Shown here one piece after another: positions 25,759 through 39,340 of a stretch of DNA of 64,000 nt (its first letter is position 1; every line of letters starts with the position of its first letter). The notes beneath the pieces were generated by a model, which saw only the letters and a list, made by a program, of their open reading frames with translations, was not told where the DNA came from and searched no databases. The translations under genes were made by a program, and so were the position numbers. Origin of the DNA: Octopus sinensis (taxonomy: Eukaryota); NCBI RefSeq assembly GCF_006345805.1, contig NC_043012.1, positions 41,230,001 to 41,294,000 of the forward strand. Direction: 5' to 3'.

Positions 25759-26905
25759 CTAAAAATAAGAAGAAATACCGGAAATCAACAGCTGTCAGTG
25801 ACATTTTACTTTCAATGAGAAACAAAACAACAATATTCAGATTAATGACTTGTAAGTTCGTGTTATTTCGTTATTCAAGCATAATATACAATAAAGTATA
25901 GTAAATGTTTTTATAAGCCAATACCACGTTCTACTGTGTTAGCAGTGCTCTTTACATTATTTCTACAGAAATAACATTGACAACACAAATTTTTTTTGCT
26001 TCAACGTTTCGTATCGGGACGTTAGATGTAAACAGACAATGAGATTGACGATAAAAGTGGGTAATGAGCATATATGCCATATTTCGGGGGATTCTTCCCC
26101 TTCATCAATACCCATCTAACCCACTCTTACCTCCGAACACATTGCTTATACAGCTACCGCATGCAGCCATGTTAAGTTATTGGATATACCGATTTACATT
26201 AAACGCATTCCTGGAGCAGGTATGTAGACATTAATGACTTGTCGGCCCGTGGTATTTCGTTATGCAACCATAACATGCTATAAAGTATATCCAGAGTCAA
26301 CAATTATACATCGAGGTAGTGCTGCTGGACCGAGAAATGTAGGAAGTGGATTCTGTTGCTGCGACCCTGTTTGGAACCCGACCAATAGTAAAACGGTAGA
26401 GAGACGTTCTTGGTGGAGCCGCTATGTATCGGCATTGAGAGGTCTCAGCTCTACTACAACGGAGATGTGATTAAGATTTCGAAGAAAATCATCGCAGGAA
26501 AGATTCCTCAAGCCGCGCTAATCGGCAGAAGACTTAGGGGTAGACCAAGAATGAGATGGTTGGATGATATGTAGGAATCCAGTCGCGATTTGTAATGGCG
26601 GTTGCTATGTATGTATGTATGTATAAACATGCATATATGAAGATGTATATCATGCGTAAGTGTATGCAACAGTGTGTATGTCTGTATGAAGAATACCAAT
26701 ACACACACATAGACATGAAAATATCGAACACGGAAGAAAAAGTGTTCAATATCAGAAGTGTAGGTAACATTTTATTATATAATTTATGTGGAAATTCTAG
26801 AACCTGCGGTTTCATGCTGACAAAAGTCTACAATTTACTACAAGAATTATCATTAAGACTAAATTGTAAGAGAATAAGACGAAATTTGATGTTGTCGTTG
26901 TCAAA

Positions 26906-26955
<50 letters not shown>

Positions 26956-27175
26956 TACGAAGATGATCAAAAAGGAAAATTATCATTTAACCTCTCTTTT
27001 CTGTCACTCACTTTTTAATATATCCGTCAATAGCATTCGACATCCATTCTATCTCGAGCCATCCTAAAGATACACGTCGCTAACCAATCATATTTGAAAG
27101 CATCACGGAAGAGTAAACCCATCAGTGAAGATGGTTAATAAAAGTTAGGAATAAAATTGGAGAAAATAACTTTAC

Positions 27176-27257
27176 CATCTTGCTCTTCACTGTTGATCGT
27201 TCCCCAAACTAAGGCAGGCAGGAATACCATGAGGTACAGCGGCAAGAAAATCTTCAT
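27176..27257 (-). CDS. Secreted peptide precursor A, signal-peptide exon (exon starts at 27282)
   Basis: MKIFLPLYLMVFLPALVWGTINSEEQD, then G|GTAAAG; TTTTATAG acceptor 25 nt upstream of the ATG; same geometry as gene B. Confidence 0.85.
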
Positions 27258-27364
27258 TTTCGATATATTTAGCAGCTTCAAACTATAAAATACAAAAAAA
27301 AAAGAATAAGAAACAATATGTGTGTGCGCACCTATGTATATGTATATACTAACATACACATATG

Positions 27365-27411
<47 letters not shown>

Positions 27412-28651
27412 ACTTATACACTCATGTTTACAAACACCCACATATGCATACACACGCGTGCGAGGAGAGTCTAGTGGACTTTAGTGCAAATGGGGGTTGT
27501 AAAAGACATTATCTGGTTCAAAATTCTGAGAAAACTGAAGGAGAATACGAAAAATAGGTTTGAAAATCTCAATATCCGTCTCCCGACTCTGCTAGACAGA
27601 GAATTCAAAATATTGACCAGTGATAGTGAAAAATATAGCACATCATAGATACTCAAAACTTTCGTCTTGTTCGATACTGTACAGCTAAGTGGTAAACTTA
27701 GATTTGGTGGGCACCTAATCAACTTGGAACCGGCGAAAGACTGGTGGCGCTCTATAAACTGCTATTTGTTGGAGTAGTAACGATGTTGTTGAATGAAATA
27801 CAGTCGTCGAGTAGAATAATGTGACTGATTTGTTCTAGAGAATGTTCACGTTAGGTGAGGGAGGGTATTGCCTGTTTCATAGAAGAACGCTACAAGCATG
27901 TAATGGCCATGAGGTGGACCTGGCTGAGATGTTCGCAGATGGACGAAACCACTTTGCATTTTAATGTCCGAGAATTACTGATTTGCATAGATTCGTCGAA
28001 CAGCTGACAACGCAAATATGACGGATCTAGTAACCAGTGAAGTCCATCTTGGAGATCATACCTCTGCTTTTCTTTCGTCAAAAGAATGGTACTTTCGTAT
28101 GGTACTTCTGTGCGGTGGCTTTGGCGAAAGAAGTTGTGTGATGGACAAGAGTTTAAGAGCCAAGATTTCGTCAACGTTTACAAATTTGGTCTGGAAAGGA
28201 AAGAAGGTTTGGAAAGGTAGGCGCAGCCCTCCTCAACTACATCCTTTGAAAGCTGAACCAAAATATTTGTAAAGTAGTCCAAAGCTGAGTATGTAAATGT
28301 AGGCTGGAAATCGGCAGATCAAAGAAAAAAAGACACTTGTACTCGATGGTCCGGGTGGTACAGGTTTTGTGGGGATTTTCTTGATTGACCCTAAGCTGCC
28401 AGCAGGATCGTAGAAAACTGGACATAACGTTTAGTGTCATTTCGGACACGTTTACGCTTGAGTTCAAATTCCGCCGAAGTCGACTTTAATTTACATTATT
28501 TGAGTGTTGATAAATTAATTACCAGTTGCGCATTGGGGGCCATGTAATGAACTGACCCCTTTTCCCAGCATGTTTTCAGGCGTTCTGACTATACTAGAAA
28601 TAACTATTATTACCATTTATCGAATTTGTCGTAGTTATCTTTTACAAGAAA

Positions 28652-28951
28652 TCTTTATATATCAAAGTGAAGTTGTGTGTCTGTCCCCTATGAATTAGAT
28701 TCCTAACTACTCCCACATTTTGCGGTGCAGTTTAACCAGAAGCGGGTATCTTATAGTCGTGATTCATATCGAGCCCTTCTGGGTATTAGCGCGCATCTAC
28801 GATGAGTCTACGATTTAAGAAAAAAATTTACCATCATTTTTCCCCATTTTTAATGCATTTTTTTGCTATTATATAAGGGAAGTAACTCTCTAAAAATGCT
28901 TATATAGTTATTTCCCTTACAAACCCGAGCAACGCCGGGCGATACTGCTAG
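28652..28951 (+). mobile_element. Non-autonomous Helitron in intron 1 of gene A
   Basis: A|TC 5' end, CCCGAGCAACGCCGGG hairpin about 12 nt before a CTAG|T 3' end, no target-site duplication. Confidence 0.75.
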
Positions 28952-29704
28952 TAGGAAATAAAGAAGAAATAGTTTGAAGAACGTCGTGTCAAATAAATTT
29001 AATAGAACGAACGATATTTTCTGAAGAATAGTTTCATTTCTGTTCGTTTTACCGATTTTCCTTTTACTATTTACCGAGGGAAACATTTAACTTTTTACAT
29101 GCACATATAGAATATTCTCACCTTCCTCTCCATGTGGTGCGACAGTTTCAAAGAAAAAATATGTATTACTCAGAGAAACGTACTGATAGTGACGCATCCA
29201 GGTTTATAGTTCGCGGTTTTAAAATTATTTGCTGCTGACTATGTGAATGCGCCTGCGCATTTGATTTGAATACATTGGTTTACAAGGATGCAGCCCGCAC
29301 GTGTTGTTTCGGTCCGTGTTAAGCTACATAATTATGGATTGTTTTAGCGATCCTACTGATGAACTACTTATGACAAATTAATCTATTTACTCACTAAAAG
29401 GGAAACTCGAGTATAGGATTAATTAAAAATAATAAATCCTTTCATTTTTATGCTTTATCGGCATGGTTTTAGAATTATTTTCCCGTGCTTTGGGTTTAAC
29501 AGACCTTTGTTCATCTATCTTTATGCACTCTTATATATATTGAGAATAACAAGGTAGTCAGAATGTTGGACATTTATATATATATATATATTTGACTACC
29601 TTGTTATTCTCAATATACAATTTCTGTTTATCACGTCAAAAGATCTCTCTCCATATATGTGTATGTGTTTATGTGTGTATACATATATATGTAATAATAT
29701 ATAT

Positions 29705-29735
<31 letters not shown>

Positions 29736-29972
29736 GTGGTGTGTGTGTGTGTGTGTGTGTGTGCGTGTGTGTGTATAAATATTCATATAGTTATTATTTA
29801 ATATATAAATTGCCTATAAATTTTTACTCCATGCTGACTACCTGATAATAATCACCGACGTGATATTTATCCTTATTTTATGAATATATGTACGTACATA
29901 CATACATAGATACATAAATGCATGCATATATACATACATATATATATATATTATATATATATATATATATAT

Positions 29973-30007
<35 letters not shown>

Positions 30008-30272
30008 GTTAATCCAACAAGAAAACACAAAAAACACAACAACGCGAGGACGTGGAACAAATATAGTATTATTGGACGCTCAGGAAAGAGGAAAGAAGGA
30101 GGGTATAACGTTTCGAGCGGAGCGCTTCGTCGGAAACATAGGAGAAGGAAAGATCCAGAGAAGGGAAGACATATATATATGTATGTATATGTATATATGT
30201 ATGCATGTATATATAGAAACAGATGTATATACATATATATATAGAAGTACATATATATTTATATATATACTG

Positions 30273-30325
<53 letters not shown>

Positions 30326-30432
30326 TAGTATAAATATATATAAATATAATCTATACACACACACACATATATTTATAGATGTGTGTGTATATGTTTATGA
30401 ATTTATAAAACAGCATAAAATGATTGACGTAC

Positions 30433-30487
30433 GTATGTGTGGTTCTTTACAACTGTTCTCAGGATTAAATAACAATGCCTTTATATA
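30433..30487 (-). promoter_or_regulatory. Gene A TATA box and short non-coding first exon
   Basis: TATATAAA (30487-30480) followed by ...CACATAC|GTACGT donor at 30433/30432; same arrangement in gene B. Confidence 0.65.
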
Positions 30488-30519
30488 GTAAGTAGTAGTA
30501 GTAATAGTAGTAGTAGTAC

Positions 30520-30555
<36 letters not shown>

Positions 30556-30703
30556 CAGCAGCAGTAGTAGTAGTGGTAGCAGCCGCAGCAGCAGCAACAG
30601 CAACAGCTGTTGCCACGCTTGTGTTGATGGTAGAGGTTACGAGGTGGTGAAGATAGTGTTCGTGGGGGTAGTAGTAGTGGTAGTAGTAGTGGTAGTAGTA
30701 GTG

Positions 30704-30739
<36 letters not shown>

Positions 30740-31627
30740 ATAGTAGTAGTAGTAGTGTGGATCTTTTATTTTTTTTACTTATTTCATTCATTTAGACTGG
30801 GCCCATGCTGGGGCACCACCTTGAATAATTTTAGCCGAAGAAATCGATTTTGGGGATTCTGGCACTTACTACATCGGTAACGTTAACTGAACTGCTGAGG
30901 TCCCAAACGTAGCTATCCAACTTTGTGTGTTTACTTTAAGCACTATGATAGAAGGTTGATAAATGGTTTGCTTAGCGGTTTTTGAAAACTCCTTCGCATA
31001 ACCCGATGTAAGTCTTATCCGTTAGATTATTGTCGTTAGGGGTTCTAATAACTTCATCTCCGTATAGAATAGATTCTGCTATGCATCGTTTAATCAAGTA
31101 AGAAGGTTTATGAGTCACGAAAGGTATATTCGGATTCACTCTTCTATCGTTGGCGGCGTGTGATGATACATATTCATACGTAATATTAAATGGAGGGTGA
31201 TTGAAAAGTCTACACCGTACGTAAATGGTTCAAATAAACATAGGCTTTGTTTGGCCGAAAGGGCGCACATTTTGGTTAGGTCTAAGACTCTGCAACGTGA
31301 TTTTGAACTGAAGATCAGAAATTTTCAGCGGATGCAAGCAAATGCATAAATATCTCTTTAAAAACTGGAAGATGCCACGCATTCCTGATTTACTGGACAT
31401 CAATTTATTTTATCTTTTGCCGCCTTTTATCTTTATATTTGTTCTCCTTTTATCGTGTCACTTTATATTTATATTCAGGTGAATTATTTATATTTCATAG
31501 TCATATAGTTTTATGTAATTTTAGATTTATTATGACGTTTTTCAAATTTTCTCAGATAAAAGGCGGTGCTCCAGCATGGCCACAGTCAAATGACTGAAAC
31601 AAGTAAAAGAGTAAAAGAGTAAATATA

Positions 31628-32240
31628 TCTATATACATAAATGTGTAATGGTGTCTGTATGAGTGGTTGGGGTTAATCTAACTCCTCCCACACCGTCCAA
31701 CCGATTTTAATGATTTTTGGTACATAGGTAGATCACATGCCCTGAAGTTTAAATAAGGACGGAATTTTCGAAACCTTGATAATGCTCAGTTGGCATCGTT
31801 TTTTGTGAGGTCAATCGGGCGTTTGAATGCAAATTCCCATAAAGATGTTATTTTTCTGCAGCTTTCGCATTTTTGTCAGATTTTGATCGTAAATGGTCAC
31901 AGAGAATCTATTGAATGACATAACCGTAACGCTTTTCTTCGGATTTTGCTGAGATTGGATACGCTGACCAATTTTGTACAGAGGGTGGTATTAAGGGGAG
32001 AGAAATAAAGAAACTTCACTCTCAATGGGTCGAGGTACACCCAAAAGTTTGTCTGCTACTTCAGACGGTCCCGTATATAAGAGTATGTCGAAAGCGTTAA
32101 CCGGGTAAAATCCTTCCCGAACCAGATATAACATCTTAATGGGTTATAGTTGGCACGGGGAATGTAGATTTCAATACAAGGTCAGAGGTGTGCTTAACTT
32201 CAACACAGAAAACACTAGCCATGCCGAGTCCAACAGTTAG
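31628..32240 (+). mobile_element. Probable degenerate non-autonomous Helitron
   Basis: ATCTATATACATAAA...TGTCTG start and CCATGCCGAG...AGTTAGT end resemble Helitron termini. Confidence 0.4.
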
Positions 32241-32799
32241 TTTTTTCATAATTTTGTAAATACCCTTTTTCATATTTTTCATGTATTTATAGCTTTCTGT
32301 ATATTTCATATTTGTACATACCTCGTCTTTTAATTTTTGCCTATCATTTCTTGTATTCTCATATTTCTTACTTTAGTTTTATTACTTTTTATTATATTTA
32401 TATTATATTGCACAATTATATTCTTATATTCCATCCATCCACATTACTCCAGATCATTCGATTTGTTCTACTTTTAAGGTTTCCGTTTATTTTTCGCAAT
32501 TCGCATTAATGGTATCTTCCGCACGAGCCGTTCGCTTATTGAGTTCTTTTCGCGCCGTTTTATGTTCGGTCTGTTATTTAAACTGCTTAGTTTGGTAGAA
32601 TAGTCAACACTTGAAGAACGTACGTGGATCCCTGTACATGAAACTATAGCGTGGTTTATACATTGGAGGTGATCATAAAAAACAATATTTTACTCTCGCT
32701 AGATGGAGTACTCTTTTTATTGAACTTGGTTGCACAGATTAGTTCATTATATATATATTATATATATATTATATATATATATATATGTATGTATATATA

Positions 32800-33048
32800 A
32801 GTTCAGTAGAAATTTAGATTCAGATGAATATGGTACTTAAGTTGAAGGCACCAGAATTTAGTGTGGTATTATCCATACAATTTCAAATAAGGTGATTATA
32901 ATCAAAATAAGCAACAAGGATATCCATAGGTAATGCTGTACGATCGTTTCATGCGACTCCATTTAATTGAATTAATTGAATTAAATTGAATTAAATTCAA
33001 ATAAATTAAATGGATCGCATGAAACGATCGTACTGCATTACCTCTGGA
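32800..33048. mobile_element. Penelope-like pLTR remnant with a short palindrome (32928-33048)
   Basis: 32800-32920 resembles 6490-6605; the inverted arms carry half a hammerhead (GAAA-CGATCG-TA); the Tc1 element is inserted at its edge. Confidence 0.6.
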
Positions 33049-33050
33049 TA

Positions 33051-34678
33051 CAGTTGCGGCCAAAATGTTCAGAACGGAATTGTTTTCGTCAGAAAAGTAA
33101 GTATAAGTTTTTATCAAGGTAGTTTTATATTCTATAATTTTCAGAGAGAATAAATACAATATTAATTGTTATTGTCTGAGATTTTGGTGTAATTTGAGAG
33201 GATAATACAAAAGTTATGGATGATTAGTCATTTACTGCAAAACCCATGGCGGCCAAAATGATCAGAACGGGAGAAAAAATAACAAAATAATAAAAAATGA
33301 TAGAGAATACTGGAATTATTTAATATTTAGTGTGAAACCCTTTAGCTTCAATCACACTCAGACATCTTTGACTGCATGAGGAAATTAAATTTTCAATTTC
33401 TTGCTGGGTGATCTTATTCCATTCTTCCTGAAGGGCATTCCATAATTGCTCAGTTGTTTTAGGATTTCTGGCTTTCGAACGTTCTCCTAGAATATTCCAT
33501 ACATTTTCAATAGGACTGAGATCTGGGCTTTGAGCAGACCAATCCATAACAATAACCTTTTCAGCCTTGAGGAAGTTCATGACCACCTTAGCCTGTTGAC
33601 ATGGGGCATTGTCCTGCATGAATATGGGTGGTCGCTTAGTTGAATTTCTCAGCACAGGCAAGACATGATCTTTTACAAGTTGTTTATAAACTCCTGCATT
33701 TACCTTTCCATGTAATCGCACCAAAGGGTCCACACCATCTCCAGATATCATCCCCCAAACCATGACACTTCCTCCACCGAATTTAACACTAGTCTTAAGG
33801 CATTTAGGCGACAATTTTTCACCTACTTTTCTACGAACGTACCTTTTCCCATCTGAGCCAAATAACATAAACTTAGATTCATCACTGAAATGCACCGTTT
33901 GCCATTTTTCTTGAGACCACAACACATGTTCGGTTGCAAAGGTAAGACGACACTTTTTATTCTTGGAACTGATCAGTGGCTTCACTGCAGGTGCTCTTGC
34001 TTGTAGGTCATGTTCAACTAAACGATGAGACACAGTTTTTCGAGATTAAGTTTTCTTCAATACAATGCTCATTTTCCGAGAAACAGCAGCAGCAGTTTTA
34101 AATCTGTCCTTTTTAACCAACTTTACCATAGCACGATCTTCTCTCTTGGTCGTTTTTCTTGGCTTACCTGTAAACTTTCTTGCTTCACACGAACCACAAT
34201 CCTCATTGACCTTAAGAATACCGTGTACAACACTTTTGGACTTGTTAACAATCTTTGCATTAGATCCAATACTTAAAGTATCCTTTCTTCGAAGCTTAAT
34301 AATCTGCTGACGAATTGGTAACGGAGTAAGTGGCATTATATTAACAAAGTACACTGCAGATATTCTTACTAATGTTTAGTAAGCGAACCGTCACGTAAAC
34401 AAATTCAAAACATTAGAGTTCGCCGGTTAATTATACTAAAACACGGAGTAAAAGCAACCGTTCTGATCATTTTGGCCGCCATGGGTTTTGCAGTAAATGA
34501 CTAAATCATCCATAACTTTTGTATTATCCTCTCAAATTACACCAAAATCTCAGGCAATAACAAATATTATCGTATTTATTGTCTGTGAAAATTATAGAAT
34601 ATAAAACAACTTTAATAAAAAATTATATCTACTTTTCTGACGCAAACAATTCCGTACTGAACATTTTGGCCGCCACTG
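33051..34678 (-). mobile_element. Tc1-family transposon, IR-DR type, copy A (1628 bp)
   Basis: TA target duplication; about 220-bp TIRs (33051-33270, 34458-34678) starting CAGT, each with outer and inner GCGGCCAAAATG.TCAGAACGG direct repeats. Confidence 0.97.
33320..34336 (-). pseudogene. Tc1 DD34E transposase, 338 codons with one in-frame stop (TAA at 34048-34046)
   Basis: The two track ORFs are in the same frame; paired-like HTH, GKPRKTT, FSDESKF, QDNAP-34 aa-E (SPDLSPIEN). Confidence 0.93.
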
Positions 34679-34690
34679 TATATATATATA

Positions 34691-34729
<39 letters not shown>

Positions 34730-36130
34730 CATATGAACTTTTGCATACACAAATGTTACAAAGGAATGGAATCTTGGAAATATACTCCAGTAAATTTCCA
34801 GCCTTCGGACTATAGCAGTCACAGTTATATTTGAGGGAGCTAAAAAGTGTGGGTGTAACGACTGTTTCATTTACCGGCATTCATTAAGTTAACTAAAATA
34901 TAATACGACAAATAGACGGTGATTGACCCTAACTACGTGTTATTTTTTATTACAGCTCTTTCCTCGGTCTACAGCACAGTTGGCGATGCAGAAAATTGCT
35001 AATGAAGAAAGTGTTAATTATGTAATTAAATTAACAACCGCAGGATGTTACGTGTTTTGAATTGATTTATTATGTAATTAAGATTATATGTCAGTATGTG
35101 TGTGTGTGTGTATGTGTGTGTTTGTGTCTGTGTTCTGAAGTCATGAAAATAACATTAACATTGGTTCAATATATCCTGGTGTTAAGAAATTTTTTTTACC
35201 ACTTTACTATTCTGACAGTTGTGTTCTATCAAAGGTCAACTAAGATAATGATAAAGAAGCATCCAGTGTGATGGACAGCAAAGTGGTTTGTATTCTCAGT
35301 TGAACGCATTTCATTTTGATATTTTTCTATTGTCAACAGAAAGGGCTTTCCTTTCTTGGGTGGACACGAACGTACGTACGTGCATACATATGTATGCGTG
35401 CATGTATGTATGTGTTGATGTAAGTATGCATTCATGTATCGGCAGAATTCCCCATTAGGTATTTCCAGTTGTTCGTTCATCTGATCGGGAACAAAATTCC
35501 CGAGCAGATGTACCTAGTTGTTCGATAACCTGATTTGGGGCCAAATTTTCTATCAGGTGTTTCCAGTTGTTCGACCGTCTGAACGATAAAATACATTGGC
35601 TGTGTATTCCACAGTTACGTCTAACTTTAAAGTAAATCTCCTGTGCAACCAGCTTGATTCAGTCCGTGACAAGGATGGGCATTTCTTCTCATAGAAAAGC
35701 AATCCAAAGGGTTTTCACAAAGATTCCGCCAACTCATTTCCATGAACATCTTGGACGGTTGTCTTTATTTCGACTCTCACCAGGGTTTAGAGAAAAAGAC
35801 GTCGACTAAGAATCCACACTGGGCGAAGAAACCCTATACCTTGTAATTTAGAAGCAAACTTCTTAATTACTCAGCAATACAGTATTTACAAGCGTCCACA
35901 ACCATAAATACATTTATATTTGTCGCTGTGAGTTTATGTTTATAAATATCATATATACATTGTGTCTACAAAATATATACACACTCTAAGCGCTTGTAAT
36001 TCATTTAATTTTCATTTCTTTTTAGACTCAACCAATTAGAAATATTGAAAGGAGCCAAACCAAGATTTAATAAAATGGTGTAGTGCGAAACAATTGTACC
36101 AAATTACCGGAGTAATTCTTGTTGCTTATT

Positions 36131-36166
<36 letters not shown>

Positions 36167-36196
36167 AAAATCCCTAAGGCGTTTTTCCGATGGCCG

Positions 36197-36257
36197 GATA
36201 ACTGAAGAGATGGTGGTGTGGATTTCCACCTCGGCATCCGAAACTCAGAGTTTTATC
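36197..36257 (+). ncRNA. Probable type I hammerhead ribozyme in a short element between TA arrays
   Basis: GATAA-CTGAAGA-GATG(GTGG..CCAC)..CATCC-GAAA-CTCAGAG-TT-TTATC; stem I GATAA/TTATC; one-base register defect at the base of stem II. Confidence 0.55.
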
Positions 36258-36292
36258 TTGGCTACCGAATAATTGTCACATAATACATTTAC

Positions 36293-36353
<61 letters not shown>

Positions 36354-36360
36354 ATAGTTA

Positions 36361-36598
36361 CTCTTTTACTCTTTTACTTGTTTCAGTCATGTGGACTGTG
36401 ACCATGCTGGAGCACCGCCTGTAGTCGAGCAAATCGACCCCAGGACTTATTCTTTGTAAACCTAGTACTTATTCTATCGGTCTCTTTTTCCGAACAGCTA
36501 AGTTACGGGGACGTAAACACACCAGCATAGGTTGTCCAGCGATGTTGATGGGGGGGGGGACAAACACAGACACACAAACATATACACACATACACATA

Positions 36599-36661
<63 letters not shown>

Positions 36662-36826
36662 TTCGACGGGCTTCCTTCAGTTTCCGTCTACCAAATCCAC
36701 TCACAAGGCTTTGGTCAGCCCGAGGCTATAGTAGAAGATACTTGCTTAAGGTGCCACGCAGTGAGACTGAAACCGGAACCATGTGGTTCGTAAGCAAGCT
36801 ACTTACCACACAGCCACTCCTACGCC
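36361..36826 (-). mobile_element. Family 1 SINE (a partial + copy follows at about 37000-37137)
   Basis: Reverse complement of 563-960 and 24978-25399. Confidence 0.88.
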
Positions 36827-36873
<47 letters not shown>

Positions 36874-36964
36874 TATATATATATATAATATATATATATA
36901 TAATATATATATACAACACACACACACACACACACACACACCACACACACACACACACACACAC

Positions 36965-36998
<34 letters not shown>

Positions 36999-37439
36999 GC
37001 CGTAGTATTGGTAGTAAGGCGTGAAGCTTGCTTCCCTACAATGTAGTCCTCGATTCAGTGCCACTGCGTGATACCTCTGGCTAGTGTCTTGTATTATAGC
37101 CCTACGCCGGCCAAAGCCTTGTGAGTGGATTTGGTAAAAAAATATAAAAATCAACTGGTTTATTGGGAGTGGAAGGTTGTGAATCTTTACCGTATGGAAT
37201 TGAGATAAGGTGAAAAGCGTTATGTTATATTAATATTTCTCGGGTGACAACTTGGGTTGCCGGGTATGCAAATAAAAGTCCAAAAGATAAGGAACGACGT
37301 GGAAAAAATCCAGTTTACATGTTTCATAGCGAGCGAAACTTCGTAAGCAGAAACCATCTGAGCGAGGTGTATACTGCAGGCTGCTCTTCAGGCCATGGGT
37401 ATCTTGGTTATATTAAGTTTACGGTGCCGTAACGAGACC

Positions 37440-38070
37440 CAAAATCCGTTGGCCCCCTTAATCTCAGAATTAACTCGAGTCGTTATCTGGTTCCAACACT
37501 CTTTGCCCTTAATGTTCAGAATCGAGTACCTAAACTCTTCTTCGCCATAAATTCATTCCCTTTAAAAAATCTTTAACCCTAATCTATAAAATCTTCTTAC
37601 TCCGCTACATTGCCGGATTAATCCGACATCTTAATTACAAGAAACTTAAAAACTAACAACTAGCTACCATTTATCCTGATTACATAATTCACCCTAAGCC
37701 CTTTAACGACATTAAATCTCTCTCCTCCTACTATAATTCCATTACGACCACCCGATCTATAAACCTACCTCACGATCTAACTATACCTCGTACAGAAATA
37801 AAGAAGGATATAGACGGTACCATCGGACATGAAAACTATCGTAAAATACGTCTACTTGACATGTACCTCAGCACCCAAATATATACCAATTCTAACGCCA
37901 CCCACTCATAATGAACCGAACGCCTGAAGATCACTAGAAAACATTCAACCCACAAATTCGTCCACAACACGCTATGAATCTATGCAGCGACAGATACCTC
38001 CTGCCCCTAAGATAATCGTTGTCTTACTAAAAGCATCGTTTACAAATGCACACCACCAGCCACCAACTCT

Positions 38071-38144
<74 letters not shown>

Positions 38145-38196
38145 TATATCTAAATATAATATATATATATATTATATATATTATATATATAAATAT

Positions 38197-38244
<48 letters not shown>

Positions 38245-38247
38245 TCT

Positions 38248-38302
<55 letters not shown>

Positions 38303-38337
38303 TATATATAATATATATAGATATATATAATATATAT

Positions 38338-38369
<32 letters not shown>

Positions 38370-38392
38370 CTATATATATATATATATATATA

Positions 38393-38441
<49 letters not shown>

Positions 38442-38615
38442 TATTATATATATATATATATATATGTACATACATAGGCTCGTACAGCCTCACCTTCAAA
38501 GCCTGAATGGCTAACCACTACTGTAGCTTCAAGTCTCAAACAAAATCCAACAATACGTCTTTATCTCAGCTAATACCCAAACTTAAGAACGAATCAGTTT
38601 CTTACGCTTAGAAGT
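37440..38615 (+). mobile_element. Degraded Penelope-like element (GIY-YIG endonuclease) split by a TA array
   Basis: SCP*DNRCLTKSIVYKC (about 38000-38050), then TA array 38075-38465, then [19 protein letters not shown]...TSLS. Confidence 0.7.
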
Positions 38616-39340
38616 CATCCATTTTCACCGATGCCAAATCGTGTACCGGCGATAACCACAAGTGAGATCTTAGCATAGCTAAAGTCGTCTCCATTATGCA
38701 ATCTACTGATTGTCTGAATGAACGCGATTGCATAATTGTTATGTCGCAAAAATTTACGTAACACATTCTTAAGATTCAAATAGCAATGACCCCCTAATTC
38801 ACCGTCCAACTTCATTATAGACAATGGCATGTATTGGACCCATTTAATTTGTTGGAAAGTGCGCAGCCTGCTAAGTCACATTCGAAAAACTCCTCTCTTT
38901 GGTCCGGATCATTGAGACCATTGTCTATTTTTGGAATATAACTTTTCCAATGACAGTACTTCAAATTCCTTGATTTAGACATTCCTATCTGGTGATTCTT
39001 TTGCAACGCAGATATTCTTCAACGGTGGCAATTATTTCTTGCTTTGTTCGGTGGGAAGACGTAGTTTGTCGCCGTCTTCCAGAACCTTTCTCGTTGTCAT
39101 TTTGAACAGTTCGCTCTACTTCAAACTTATTTCTAATTCGAGGAATGGTAAGTTACGTTGATAGATGAGATTGTAATTCTTCTGAAAGTCTTTTTGTACT
39201 TCGATTGCTTTCCCAATCTTCCATTATATACTTATGATATATTCCCTTTGTTCAAAACTTCGTTTGGCTCCCTTCAATATTTCTAATGAGAGAAGTGAAA
39301 ACAGAAATGAAAATTAAATGAACTACCAGCGCTTAGAGCA
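38615..39340 (-). mobile_element. Degraded Tc1/mariner-superfamily transposon with N-terminal HTH; related starts at about 35985-36075 and 58755-59050 (+)
   Basis: All three sites share TAAGCGCT.GTA.TTCATTTA.TTTTC...ATTAGAAA.A.TGAA.GGAGCCAAAC; the 58.8-kb copy reads ...EVQKGFKK...PPT*LTITEIRDKFEA. Confidence 0.55.

Noticed and set aside
26470-26600. ALIGRRLRGRPRMRWLDDM peptide in the gene A intron
   Set aside because: Looks like a decayed RTE-type LINE 3' end, not a host exon; too short to delimit confidently.
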